Positions 49,841 to 62,455 of a stretch of 64,000 nt of DNA are shown here, one piece after another (position 1 is the stretch's first letter; the number at the start of each line of letters is the position of its first letter). The position numbers and the translations under genes were made by a program. The notes beneath the pieces were generated by a model that worked only from the letters and a program-made list of their open reading frames with translations, did no database searches and was not told where the DNA came from. This DNA comes from Pristiophorus japonicus (taxonomy: Eukaryota): the NCBI RefSeq assembly GCF_044704955.1, contig NC_091979.1:250604001-250668000 (forward strand), written 5' to 3'.

Positions 49841-51955
49841 GAACATAAGAACATAAGAATTAGGAACAGGAGTGGGCCATCTATCCCCTCGAGCCTGCTC
49901 CGCCATTCAACAAGATCATGGCTGATCTGGCCGTGGACTCAGCTCCACTTACCTGCCCGCTCTCCGTAACCCTTAATTCCCTTATTGGTTAAAAATCTAT
50001 CTATCTGTGATTTGAATACATTCAATGAGCTAGCCTAAACTGCTTCCTTGGGCAGAGAATTTGAGATTCACAGCCCTCTGGGAGAAGAAATTCCTTCTCA
50101 ACTCGGTTTTAAATTGGCTCCCCCGTATTTTGAGGCTGTGTCCTCTAGTTCTAGTCTCCCCGACCAGTGGAAACAACCTCTCTGTCTCTATCTTATCTAT
50201 CCCTTTCATTATTTTAAATGTTTCTATCAGATCACCCCTCGTCCTTCTGAACTCTAACGAGTAAAGACCCAGTCTACTCAATCTATCATCATAAGGTAAC
50301 CCCCTCATCTCCGGAATCAGCCTCGTGAATCGTCTCTGTACCCCCTCCAAAGCTAGTATATCCTTCCTTAAGTAAGGTGACCAAAACTGCACGCAGTACT
50401 CCAGGTGTGGCCTCACCAATACCCTATATAGTTGCAGCAGCACCTCCCTGCTTTTGTACTCCATCCCGCTCGCAATGAAGGCCAACATTCCATTCGCCTT
50501 CCTGATTACCTGCTGCACCTGCAAACTAACTTTTTGGGATTCATGCACAAGGACCCCCAGGTCCCTCTGCACCGCAGCATGTTGTAATTTCTCCCCATTC
50601 AAATAATATTCCCTTTTACTGTTTTTCTTTCCATGGTGGATGACCTCACATTTTCCGACATTGTATTCCATCTGCCAAACCTTAGCCCATTCGCTTAACC
50701 TATTTAAATCTCTTTGCAGCCTCTCTGTGTCCTCTATACAACCCACTTTCCCACTAATCTTCGTGTCATCTGCAAATTTTGTTGCACTACACTCTGTCCC
50801 CTCTTCCAGGTCATCTATGTATATTGTAAACAGTTGCGGTCCCAGCACCGATCCCTGTGGCACACCACTAACCACCGATTTCCAACCCGAAAAGGACCCA
50901 TTTATCCCGACTCTCTGCTTTCTGTTAGCCAACCAGTTCTCTATCCATGCTAATACATTTCCTCTGACTCCGCGTACCTTTTATCTTCTGCAGTAACCTT
51001 TTGTGTGGCACCTTATCAAATGCCTTTTGGAAATCTAAATACACCACACCCATCGGTACACCTCTATCCACCATGCTCGTTATATCCTCAAAGAATTCCA
51101 GTAAATTAGTTAAACATGATTTCCCCTTCATGAATCCATGTTGCATCTGTTTGATTGCATTATTCCTATCTAGATGACCCGCTATTTCTTCCTTAATGAT
51201 AGCTTCAAGCATTTTCCCCACTACAGATGTTAAACTAACCGGCCTATAGTTACCTGCCTTTTATTTGCCCCCCTTTTTAAACAGAGGCGTTACATTAGCT
51301 ACTTTCCAATCCGCTGGTACCTCCCCAGAGTCCAGAGAATTTTGGTAGATTATAACGAATGCATCTGCTATAACTTCCGCCATCTCTTTTAAAACCCTGG
51401 GATGCATTTCATCAGGACCAGGGGACTTGTCTACCTTGAGTCCGATTAGCCTATCCAGCACTACCCCCATAGTGATAGTGATTATCTCAAGGTCCTCCCT
51501 TCCCACATTCCCGTGACCAGCAATTTTTGGCACGGATTTTGTGTCTTCCACTGTGAAGACCGAAGCAAAATAATTGTTTAAGGTCTCAGCCATTTCCACA
51601 TTTCCCATTATTAAATCCCCCTTCTCATCTTCTAAGGGACCAACATTTACTTTAGTCACTCTGTTCCGTTTTATATATCTGTAAAAGCTTTTACTATCTG
51701 TTTTTATGTTTTGCGCAAGTTTACTTTTGTAATCTATCTTTCCTTTCTTTATTGCTTTCTTAGTCATTCTTTGCTGTCGTTTAAAATTTTCCCAATCTTC
51801 TAGTTTCCCACTAACCTTGGCCACCTTATACGCATTGGTTTTTAATTTGATACTCTCCTTTATTTTCTTGGTTATCCACGGCTGGTTATCCCTTTTCTTA
51901 CCGCCCTTTTTCACTGGAATATATTTTTGTTGAGCACTATGAAATAGCTCCTTAA
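49841..51955 (-). mobile_element. 5'-truncated CR1 LINE with largely intact RT region
   Basis: ORFs 50030-50932 (GVPQGSVLGP, FADD), 50925-51221 and 51261-52046; (AACATAAG)n tail. Confidence 0.93.
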
Positions 51956-52468
51956 GCACTCTATAATGCTGCCTCTTAGCTGCCAAGCCAGTGTGATATA
52001 TGTCATTTCTATATTTCAGTTTAGCATTAAAGCTACAATGTACCATACTTCTAGCTTAGTTCTTAAATGCATCATTCACCAAAAGTGATGTTTTGAGCTG
52101 TTGTACTTATTTTAGTTAAGGAATTATAGCAACGTGTGTGCTATTGGGAAAAAAAAATGAAAATATTCTGCCATTTTCATTTCCTGTATTTGTTCATAAG
52201 TGATAACCATGACTCTGGCTTGATAATGTTTTATCTGATGGAACAAGATGTATAAACCAACAATTACTATTATTGCACAATCATTGGCATTCTAAGCGCC
52301 ATTAGCAGAAGCCTGGGATTATGGGCCACATTTTCTTTTGGCTGTCAGTTGGTATGGAGCCTGGTAAAGCCAAAAGGGGAGGAAATAAACTGGGGAAGAA
52401 TCTGGGTTTGCATGTTGTCCAAAAAGTATGAGAGAAGTTCTTGATCTCACTCCTTTGCTGGATTCTCT

Positions 52469-52657
52469 GGCCCAGAAATTCATTTCGGGCAGTGGCGCAA
52501 AACAGGCGGTATTGGATTGGCTGCCCATTATACACACGCCTGATATTTACTTCTATTGACTGCAAGGGAACTGAATATCAAGCACTGCGTATGACGGCGA
52601 CTGATCTGATACCCCAGTTTTGCCCTATCACCTGAGATGAATTTAAATTTCTAGGCC
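52469..52657. mobile_element. Palindromic MITE (same family as 63152-63315)
   Basis: GGCCCAGAAATT ... AATTTCTAGGCC; internal similarity to the 63152 copy. Confidence 0.65.
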
Positions 52658-53349
52658 CTCTTGTCTTGACAGGATTTCTGAGGTGGATTTTCTCTGACAT
52701 TCAGAACTTATTATGCACAATTAATACCTGGATGAATGTAGAATAAATCTGTTAATTTTAATTTCAGATCATTGTGATTGTGCCGTTACACATTGGAAGC
52801 CAAATTGTAGTGTGCCTATGCATACAGAATTTTGTGAATAATCTGAAAAATGTCATCTAAATCACGACTTAGAAACTTCAAAGATTTATTGCTGGAAAGA
52901 GTCACAGTTGTATGGTAATGCTAGATATTCCTCCAATTGGCTGTATCTTGCCTTCCAAGACAGAAATTAATTGCAACAATGCTCCTTAAATTGTTGTTTT
53001 AAACTATTTTTACTTCCTGTTGACCTTGCATAGTTTCCATCTCCTGTCAAGTGGCATTCAGGACTTTTGATTTACATTTGGGTTAACTATGCAAATTTAG
53101 AAACTGTTTAAAAATAGCATACTCATTATGTTTTGATGCACATTTGAAAGTCTGGCAAATAGTTAACAGTAGTGTTTAACCATAGGTTTTGCGAGGACTA
53201 CTTTAGAAAATAGGGTAGAAGTCTCAGCTGTACTGAGTTGAGGAAATACTCAGTGGAAGTCAGATTGTTCCCCAAAGGGATTGAAATAAGGTGAGAAGGA
53301 GAGTCACTGCTGGCTACTTTCACACACAGCCCAGTGGCTAATTTCAGGG

Positions 53350-53813
53350 CAACCATAACGACAACAACTTGTGTTTCTAAAGCATTTCTTATGCATAAAG
53401 AGATGTCTCAGAGCTTTACAGGGTGGTGGACAAAGAGTAGATGTTGATCAGGTGGGAGAAATTGAGGGGAGGTGTTCGAAGGGGCTAAAAGCATGGTTAT
53501 AGATAAAGCTTTTGAAACTGGGAGGCAGGTGATCAGGCAGAGGTACTGATAGAAGGAATTCCAGAGAGTCGGGCTCAATGGTTGAAAGAGGGCTACTGAT
53601 GTTTCTGAGGGAGTAAGGAAGGAGAATTGGGCCAGCTTCAGGAAGAAAGGGAACATGCATAATATATGGCTAGAGGAGATCACAATAGTAGGAGAGATGA
53701 GCCTATATGTGGATTTGAGGATATGAAACTCTGAGGTACAGGGAGCCATTTGAGCTTGGCAAGTAAAGAGTATGATGGAGATGTTGTATCAATGCAGACT
53801 AGAATTCTGGATC
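53350..53813 (-). mobile_element. Old L2 LINE 3' fragment (continues at ~56647-57160)
   Basis: Antisense L2 tail ACAACAACTTG...; PTLWNS-like motif; split by the LTR element. Confidence 0.55.
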
Positions 53814-54959
53814 ATTAATATCGTGTATGCAGGCACCTTTAGTAATGACTCCATGAGGCAGGGTATGGTGCTTGAATTCTGTAGATTTGCAGTCCTTTAT
53901 TAGCAGCTCCTGAGTGCCAACAACAAGCTGTGTGTTCCTTTTTTATACTGCCGTGTGCAGGCAACCCCTGGGTCTCCAGCAACAGCACCCTCTAGTGTAC
54001 CGGTAAGGCGTGTACAGTACAAGGGTACATTCAATGTTGCATACCGTGTTACAGACATCACACAGTAAACAGGTATGCATACACAACAATACTCCCTGCT
54101 GAGCATTTTTCATATCCTATTTGTCTTGTCCAGGGGAGGTGATCAGTGGTGGGCTATGGGAGGTTGTGGTGAGGGTTGTGTGGTTGCCAGGTGTGACCCC
54201 TGTGCTTGAGGCTGGCCTCGTACGTTTCCCCTCCCTCACACACAAACCAAGTGGGTGTCACTGTTGTGGGATCCCTCGGGGAGGTAGCCAAGGCAGCAGT
54301 GGGTGGTGTGTATACACTGTGATATGGGTAGTTGTGGGGTGGTGTACAGGGCCACAAGACTGGGTGGACTCCTTGTCCACCAATGGGGATGAGGGTCAGG
54401 TCATCCCAGGGTTTGCCAGGGTAGCTGGAGGGTATTGGCCTCATGCTTCTGGTGTTGGCCCTGGTGGCCAGGGACTGTAGGGCTGGTCTGGTGCCATTGG
54501 TGGTGGCGGTGCTGCCCATTGACCACTGTCCCTGTAGCGGGTCTGCTCCCACTGCCTGTGTGTGTGTCCTGCAAGGGACATCACATTCGTTCCAACGGTC
54601 CAGGCTACATGGTCAGGTAGCCTGTTGGACCTGGGGGTCTCCTACAGGGGGATTCCATTGGCATTAGCATGGTCCCTGTAGGACCCAATGTCCTTTGGCA
54701 GTGTCCTACCGGTATCCATGACACCTTGGCTCTGATCACAGATAGTCGAGCCTGCATTATACATTCGCGCACTTGCATCACTTTTGGGTGTCCTGGTTTC
54801 AACAGCTTTAAAGTCCGTGTACTCAAATAGTTGGAACTTCCCCTTTAAATTTTTTTGGTTACCGGTCTCTTTAAGGGAGCTTTCAAATCTAATTGGCCGC
54901 TCGCTGTCACATGATGCTCCTCCATGTTGACTCGCATTTTGAATGCAGGTCTGCTCACC

Positions 54960-55145
54960 AAGCAGCAGCCATTTTGTGGTGCTCCTTTCCTCCACGTTCT
55001 TGTGGTGCTGCAGCCATTTTGTGGTCTTGTTGCAGGCAGGCTGTGGTGGTCTTTTCTTCCATATGCTTGTGGTGCTGCAGTTATTCTGTGGTCTTGCTGC
55101 AGGCAGGCTGTGGTGGTCTTTTCTTCCACAGCACCATTTCGCCTG
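54960..55145. repeat. Internal tandem repeat (~65-bp unit, 2-3 copies)
   Basis: TTGTGGTGCTGCAG..ATT.TGTGGTCTTG.TGCAGGCAGGCTGTGGTGGTCTTTTCTTCCA repeated. Confidence 0.8.
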
Positions 55146-55234
55146 ATGTGGACCCGGTTCATCCAATTCCTGCCCAGCAGCGTGGGACCATCGGCGGCTA
55201 CAATCCACAGGGGGAGTTTGTGCAACACACCGCC

Positions 55235-56275
55235 CTAGGAGACCTGGACGTGTACATTGCCAATGATTTGGATTTTACCTTTGGTATAGGTGAGCAGCTT
55301 TGCCTGGACAGGAGACAGTTTTGGTCGAGTGGTAGAATTCCTCCAAATTCTTTCAAAGGTCTTTTGGCTCATCACACACTGGCTCGCCCCTGTGTCGATC
55401 TCCATGGAGACTGGGACCCCGTCGATGTCCACTTCCATCATCCATGGAGAACTTCCGGTGGAGCAGGTAAAGATTCCATACTCCTCTCCCAGGGTCAGAG
55501 CAGCTACATCTTCATCTGTGTCGGAGCCCCGGTGATTAGCCAACTCATCAGAGACACAGTGAGTACAGCCTTTTCTGCACATTCTCTGAAGGTGCCCTTT
55601 TTCTTTGCAGCCTTTGCATGCATAGTCTTTGTAGCGGCACTGGTGGGCCCTGTGGTTTCCTCCACAGCGCCAGCACGGGGCCATCCGGTTTGCCCCATGT
55701 GGCGGACACAGGGTTGCGGGACTCGGGGCAGCATTTCTGCCTTTAGAAGTGTCCATGCGGTGCACTGCTCTCGCCGGTTTAGAGTCCTGGGTCAGTATTC
55801 GCTTGGAGTCGCTGGCCGAAACTGTGTAGGCCTGGCTCACTTGAATTGCTTTCTGCAGGGCGACCATAATGTCAGCCGAGAGCAATTTGTGTAGGAGGCC
55901 TTCGTGGCCGATTCCGATGACAAATATGTCCCTTAGTGCTTCATTAAGGTGGTCGCCAAACTCACATGGTGCAGTTAGTCTTCTTAAGTGTGCAGCATAC
56001 TTGGCAATTTCTTGGCCCTCAGGTCGCCGGTAATTGTAGAACCGGTGCCTGGCTGTGAGGATGCTTTCTTTTGGTTTTAGTTGTTCCTGTATGATTGTTA
56101 CAAGTTCCTCATAACTCTTGGTGGTTGTCTTCTCCAGGGCTAGTAAGTCCCTGACAAGACCGTAGATGATGGGCCCACAACTGCTAAGCAGGATGGCCCT
56201 GCGTTTGTTCGGTAGTGTGGCCGGTGTGTCCCCGTCCAGGTCGTTGGCTATGAAGAAGTGTTCCAATCTTTCCAC
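55235..56275 (-). CDS. Gag (CCHC knuckles) plus aspartic protease ORF of the LTR element, 346 codons open
   Basis: ERLEHFFIAN, ARHRFY, CWRCGGNHRAHQC, CKGCKEKGHLQRMC, IDTGAS; protease end LLGRNW follows in ORF 54845-55228. Confidence 0.7.
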   Translation of the reverse strand: MERLEHFFIANDLDGDTPATLPNKRRAILLSSCGPIIYGLVRDLLALEKTTTKSYEELVTIIQEQLKPKESILTARHRFYNYRRPEGQEIAKYAAHLRRLTAPCEFGDHLNEALRDIFVIGIGHEGLLHKLLSADIMVALQKAIQVSQAYTVSASDSKRILTQDSKPARAVHRMDTSKGRNAAPSPATLCPPHGANRMAPCWRCGGNHRAHQCRYKDYACKGCKEKGHLQRMCRKGCTHCVSDELANHRGSDTDEDVAALTLGEEYGIFTCSTGSSPWMMEVDIDGVPVSMEIDTGASQCVMSQKTFERIWRNSTTRPKLSPVQAKLLTYTKGKIQIIGNVHVQVS

Positions 56276-57167
56276 AAAAGCGTTCCAATCCTCCCCCTCT
56301 GAAAGTTGCTGAGGTTAGACATGTTGAGCATGTAGTTTGTGATCCCGTATTCCCGTTGCCAGTTATAGTGTATGCAGGCACCTTTAGTAATGACTCCACG
56401 AGGCAGGGTATGGTGCTTGAATTCTGCAGACTTGCAGTCCTTTATTAGCAGTTCCTGAGTGCCAACAACAGGCTGTGTGTTCCTTTTTATACTGGGTTAC
56501 CTGCCGTGTGCAGGCAACCCCTGGGTCTCCAGCATCAGCACCCTCTGGTGCACCGGTAAGGTGTGTACAGTACAAGGGTACATTCAATGTTGCATACCGT
56601 GTTACAGACATCACCCAGTAAACAGGCATGCATACACAACAATTAATAGTTTATGGAGGGCAGCAAGGAAAGCACTAGAGAAGTCTAGTGTCAAGGGAAT
56701 AAAGGCATGGATTAGGCTTTTGCTGACAGAGGCAGGGAGATGGGGCAGAAGCTGACAATGTTTCAGAGGTGAAAAAATATGTTCTGGGTGACTGATCGAA
56801 TTTGAGGGAGGAAGCTGAGGTCAAATCAAGCAGGACAGGACGCCAGTGTTCCAAACCTCTGTGCTTGGTCGGAGATGGCATCTAGGAAGGCTAATGTAGT
56901 CAGGGCTGGAGACAAAGGAGCCAAAGAGAATGGTTTCAATTTTGCTGACACTTGGCTGGAGGAGGTTTTGGCTTATCCTAGTCTTGGTGTTGGATGGTTG
57001 TTGGAGAGAGTGAAAACAGCACCAGGTTTGTTGGATGAGGTGGAACAGTAGAGCTGAATGCCGTCAGTGTATATATAAAAGCTGACCCCATGTTTCTGGA
57101 TAATAATGGCAAGGGGTAGCATATAAAAGATGAAGAGGAGGGCTACAGCAGAGCTGACTGTAGAAAG

Positions 57168-57545
57168 AGGAACGACTTGGATTTATATAGCACCTTTCAC
57201 GACCACCGGACGTCTCAAAGCACTTTACAGCTAATGAAGTACTTTTGAAGTGTAGTCACTGTTGTAATGTGGGAAACGCGGCAGCCAATTTGCACACAGC
57301 AAGCTCCCACAAACAGCAATGTGATAATGACCAGATAATCTGTTTTTGTTATGTTGATTAAGGGATAAATATTGGCCAGGGCACCGGGGATAACTCCCCT
57401 GCTGTTCTTCGAAATAGTGTCATGGGATATTTTACGTTCACCTGAGAGAGCAATCGGGGCTTTGATTTAACGTCTCATCCAAAAGACTGCACCTCTGACA
57501 GTATAGCACTCCCTCAGCACTACACTGGAGTGTCAGCCTAGATGT
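57168..57545 (-). mobile_element. SacSINE1-like SINE (headless)
   Basis: Reverse complement of the Deu core and tail. Confidence 0.85.
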
Positions 57546-59172
57546 ATGTAGGCATAGGAAGAGAAGACATTGGAGGCAATGTGGTGTCCTTGATGCAGCA
57601 GGTAGGAGTGGAAGCTTGAGAGAGCAGTGTCATGGAGTTGGACTCGTGGAGGATTGATTGACTGCTGTTGGCAGTAAATGACAGTTGCTGGTGGTGCTTG
57701 CTGATGGAGCTGAAATTTTTGTCTGGCTGCCTCGGGACTGAGCTCCCAGCCTGCCTGTAGAGGACAGCATTGTGACTTTATTATTGCTGGTTTGTACTAC
57801 CTTCTTCCAGCAAATGCATTGCTCGAATGGTAAAATCACAAATGTCCAGGTTATATGCATACACTGTTAGTTAGTTCAGTGTTGCTGCTCATCCCTTCAT
57901 TGTAAATAAGCCATGATGATGTATCACATCTGGCATATAATGAATGCAGCTTTATAGGTCAAATGTCCTTATGGTCTTAAACTAATTGTTCAGGAATTAC
58001 TGTACCGTAGTTGAAATAATTACAACCTCCACTGAACCGAAGAAAAAAGAAGCAATCCTGTTGTAGGATTGCTGGGTTTTATATGGTAGCTAATTGTTTC
58101 TGTACAACATTACTACTTGAGGATTATGGCAATGACTTGGATACGAGAACTATAAACAGCTTTTAATTTTATTTGGAAAATACTGTAGAAATGCTCAGTT
58201 CTTTCTGTTTCCATAAAGCTAGTTTTGTAATATTCTACTTTCCATTAAAAGCACCCTGTGCATTTCAAAAGTGAATGTAATTGAAGGGTTAACCACAGTG
58301 TGCACAGTGTGACACTTGTTAGGGAAGAAGTAGTTTGTGCAATGCAACTGCATACTGTTAAGCTTTTATGGGCTTAGCTTTACAAGCAGTCTGATCTTTG
58401 CCAACTGAAGCTTATTTGAGCACACCTTTCTGAATCTAGTTTCTTCCCCACCCACCCCCATTGTGTATTAGTGGAGTGCTGGGTTGCTAAGAAAAGAATA
58501 GTGGCAAGGCCTATTTTGTAAGATAGAATCCAGCTCTTTTATTTCTGTATAGAATACATTAAACAGTAAATGCTAAAATCTAGAAGGGAACGGATATAGT
58601 TTGACTGAGCTAAAATGATCTGTGGTGGATCTAAACAATGGGACGGGCTGTTTGAGGCTTGTAGTTTTTTTTCTTGTTCCTACCTTCTTGCAATCATACA
58701 GAAGACTATTTGTGAAACTGCAGCATAATCCCAGTCCGTGATAGAACTGAACCGGGATATTTAGCTTGAAGTTTCACCTGCTTGGAACAACAAAGCTGGA
58801 GTGGCTGCTGTTGGAGGCGGATATGTGCTGGAACAAACATTTCAAAGGCCAATATTTAGCTCCAGCGGAACAAATGGAGCCTAGAAACTTCATTACAGTG
58901 GGTTTCTAAGAAATGCAGGTGGTAATATTTAATGATTTAAAACAAAAAATAATTTGCTCCCTAATTTAGTTGTACTCTAAACTTTAGTCATGATGTTACC
59001 TTAAAGCATATTTATTATTGGTCTACAATTTTCCTACAAGTACACAATATTTCAAATTGGTGTTATGAAGTCAGATTAACCAACTATTTAACAAATCAGA
59101 GCTAATGGTGTTATAACACTATTGCTATACACTTTTTAAACAGATCTGTAATGCTTATTACATAAGGGACCT

Positions 59173-59767
59173 GGGGCTAGAAATTAGCCAGTCTAATGCA
59201 CGTTTTAACATGATTTTTTCACGTTAAAACTGCTTTTTTGTTCTTAAAAATAAAGTGCACAAAATTCCCCAAAGTTTAAGAATGGCGTTTTCAAAATATC
59301 GCCATTTTCTGGATCATCATACCATACAAATAGGAACGTCTAAATTTGGCCATTCGGCGAACCCTACTCGGGTCAAAAAACAACACATGGAAAAAGCAGG
59401 CGATGCAGCCTAAGAAACGTCAGTAAGTAAGAAGACCTATAAAAAAGGTAAGTTGAAGTTTAAAATTTTTTTTTTCAGCGATTCATTTCTTAAGGCTTTT
59501 GTGAATGTTTTCTCATTTTTTAATTTTTAATTTTTGCAAATTTTTGTGTTTTCTCCCCTGTATTTTTGGCGCTATCGGCCTTGCTGTAAAGATAGAGAAG
59601 ATGGCGGTATTAAACACGATTCTTCCACCAACGCCGTTTTTTAATGACAGGGTTATTTTTTGGCCAAACTTACACTCTTTAAAAAATGGCAAAAAGTTTC
59701 TTCTTATTTCTTCACAAAAATGACCTTATTTATCAAATAACGACAAGTTTGGGGAATTTCTAGCCCC
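59173..59767. mobile_element. Harbinger-like non-autonomous TIR element
   Basis: Perfect 13-bp TIR GGGGCTAGAAATT / AATTTCTAGCCCC. Confidence 0.75.
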
Positions 59768-60479
59768 TAAAATCTAGTTGGTTTATAGAGTTCAGTTTCA
59801 GTGTTGAACAAAATGAAGAGCTGCTCTGTTTATACAATACATTTACAGGGATGTGGCTAACTGAAAACTGTGTGCAACTGTGAATGCAACAAAATGATAC
59901 AGTTTGTATCATTGGCTATTTTTGTGATGAAGATACCACAATTTTAAAAATGTATTTTCAGGGTATGGTCATCACCAGCAATTATTATTCATATTACAAC
60001 TGATTGGCTTATTAGACCACTTCAGAGAGCAGTTTAGAGTCAACTAAATTGACCTCACATATAGGCCGGGCAAGGTCGGCAGGGTTCCTTCCCTAAAGAA
60101 CATTACAACTTTCCCTAAAAGTTTTTACAACAGCTTCATAGCAACTTTTATTGGTACCAGGTCTTTATTTCGACATTTTAAAAAACTGAATCCAAATTCT
60201 CAAACTGCCTTGGTAGTATTTAGACTCATGCTCGCTGAATTATTAGTTCAGGCCTCTGCATTGCTAGTTCAGTAATATAACCACCACAATACAGTACCAT
60301 TTATGTAGAAGCAAGCTTCATATTGCCTTAAGAGTTTCATTCTAAATATTTGTCATATGAAACTTGGCTCTTAGCAAGTAAAGTTTCACACCGCTGTCTT
60401 TAGTTTGGTGTGATTTACGTGACCTTTTTGTATGGCATTGTTTGAATTTGGCTTTTGTGCATTAGCATAACAAAGTGTT

Positions 60480-60752
60480 TTAGTCCCTCCATTTTCTCGC
60501 CGCTCCCTCTCTCCATAACCTCCTCAAGTGCTCTGTCCCACCATTGGCTGCTGTGCCTTAAGCTGCCTCGGCCCCATGCTCTGGAATTCCCTTCCAAACC
60601 CCTCCAGCTCTCCACCTCCCTCTCCTCCTTTAAGACATTTCTTAAAACCCTCTTTGGTCCAAGCTTTTGGTCATCGCTCCTAATAGCTCCTCCTTTGTTT
60701 TTTGGGGGATATTTGTCTACATTAAAGGCACTATATAAATACAAGTTTGTTA
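60480..60752 (+). mobile_element. L2 LINE 3' fragment
   Basis: Similar to 39560-39840 (STSLSSFKTFLKT, tail TATATAAATACAAG). Confidence 0.7.
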
Positions 60753-60818
60753 TTTAATTAATGTCAACATTACTGAATTGGGTCAAACCAGTATCTCTTC
60801 TTGCTCTTACTCCATACA

Positions 60819-61266
60819 GTGTCAGCTGTGACTCAGTGGGTAGCACACTTGCCTCTGAGTCAGAAGGTTATGGATTAAAATCCCACTCCAGGAACTTGAG
60901 CACATGACACTCCAGTACAGTGCTGAGGGATCGCTGCATTGTCGAAGGTGTCATCTTTCGGATGAGATGTTAAACCGTCTGCTCTCTCAGGTGGACGTAA
61001 AAGATCCCATGGCACTATTTCGAAGAAGGGCAGGGGTATCCCCAGTGTCCTGGCCAATATTTATCCCTCAATCAACATAACAAAAAACAGATTATCTGGT
61101 CATTATCGCATTGCTGTTTATGAGAGCTTGTTGTGCGCAGGGTGGCTGTCATGTTTCCCATATTACAACAATATTTACACCCCAAAAGTACTTAATTGGC
61201 TTTAAAGCTCTTTGAGATGTCCGGTGGTTGTGAAAGGCACTATATAAATGCAAGTCTTTTTTCTTT
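60819..61266 (+). mobile_element. SacSINE1-like SINE, full length
   Basis: Colinear with the other copies. Confidence 0.85.
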
Positions 61267-62105
61267 CCATATCTTCCTGTGTGCAACGCCACAGGAGATT
61301 GATTAGCAGTATTTTCATGGCCTTTTACTTTTACTTCTCCCATCTTTTCTGGGGTCTCCCTGCACAATTAACCATCCCAGGCCAAGAGGACAGGGATGTG
61401 ACCTGCTCCCTGGCCTCAGCCAGTGATGTTTTAAAATCAGCTGCTGGGTGGTGTTGGGGAATAACTTTGAATGACTCCCTGCTATTGGTGGGGAAGCACC
61501 TAGACCCACTAAATGCCTCATTGGAGGGTAATCAATCTAAACAACGTTTTACCACTCCATAGCACAAGTTATGTTATGTTTTCTTTACTATGCTTCAATT
61601 TAAAATTTGTTATATAGGGTAAACGCTTCCACGGTTTGTATTTCAGGATTTTTCCATTAAATCAGTAAAGATAACATTTAGATGAAACTAAAATGTTGCT
61701 AATTCCTGTTGAAATTGACTTCGTGGTGAAATCCAGCTGATAGCAGCTGTGTTATAAAGGTTTACATTTGTGCTGTACAAATGTTTGTCCTATACCTATA
61801 ACAGAGTGCAAAATTGTATTGATTTTAATTCCCTTGTCCCCCTGCGACATGTGGTTGTTCAAACAGTTGTTGTAGTTCACATAAAACTATTGACTCCTGT
61901 CTTGATGGAATAAAGAACCATTGCCAACAAGTTAAAATTTATTCAACTCATTAACAATTAAAAAGGGAGGTTTATTATGTGGAACCCTGCCAAAAATAAA
62001 TGACTAATTCAGTTGATACTGTAGCATAGCATGTTACAGTTGCAACGTATAGTCCCCATACATCTGACTTGACACGGTGGGGGTCAGGTACTTCCCCATG
62101 AAGAG

Positions 62106-62455
62106 AGAACATATAAGATTCTGACAGGACTGGATAGGTTAGATGCGGTAGATTGTTCCTGATGTTGGGGAAGTCCAGAACCAGGGGACACAGTCTTAGG
62201 ATAAGGGGTAGGCCATTTAGGATCGAGATGAGGAGAAACTTCTTCACTCAGAGAGTTGTTAACCTGTGGAATTCCCTGCCGCAGAGAGTTGTTGATGCCA
62301 GTTCATTGGATATATTCAAGAGGGAGTTAGATTTGGCCCTTACAGCTAAGGGGATCAATGGGTATGGAGAGAAAGCAGGAAAGGGGTACTGAGGGAATGA
62401 TCAATCATGATCTTATCGAATGGTGGTGCAGGCTCGAGGGGCCTATTTTCTATGA
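62106..62455 (+). mobile_element. CR1 3' fragment
   Basis: Near identical to 25270-25635. Confidence 0.88.

Larger units (their letters stand above)
53819..56641 (-). mobile_element. Non-autonomous Gypsy-type LTR element encoding only Gag and protease (2.8 kb)
   Basis: LTRs 53819-54088 and 56364-56641, perfect TSD ATTAA, PBS TGGCAACGGG; no RT, RNaseH or integrase motifs seen. Confidence 0.88.

Noticed and set aside
50030-50932. 300-aa RT ORF as a domesticated gene
   Set aside because: Part of a 5'-truncated, frameshifted CR1 with its normal tail; best explained by recent insertion.
54960-55145. Repeat array as CRISPR-like
   Set aside because: Contiguous tandem units without unique spacers, inside a eukaryotic LTR element.
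54893-55894. 333-aa + strand ORF
   Set aside because: Antisense shadow of the gag-protease frame and tandem repeat; no recognisable domain.
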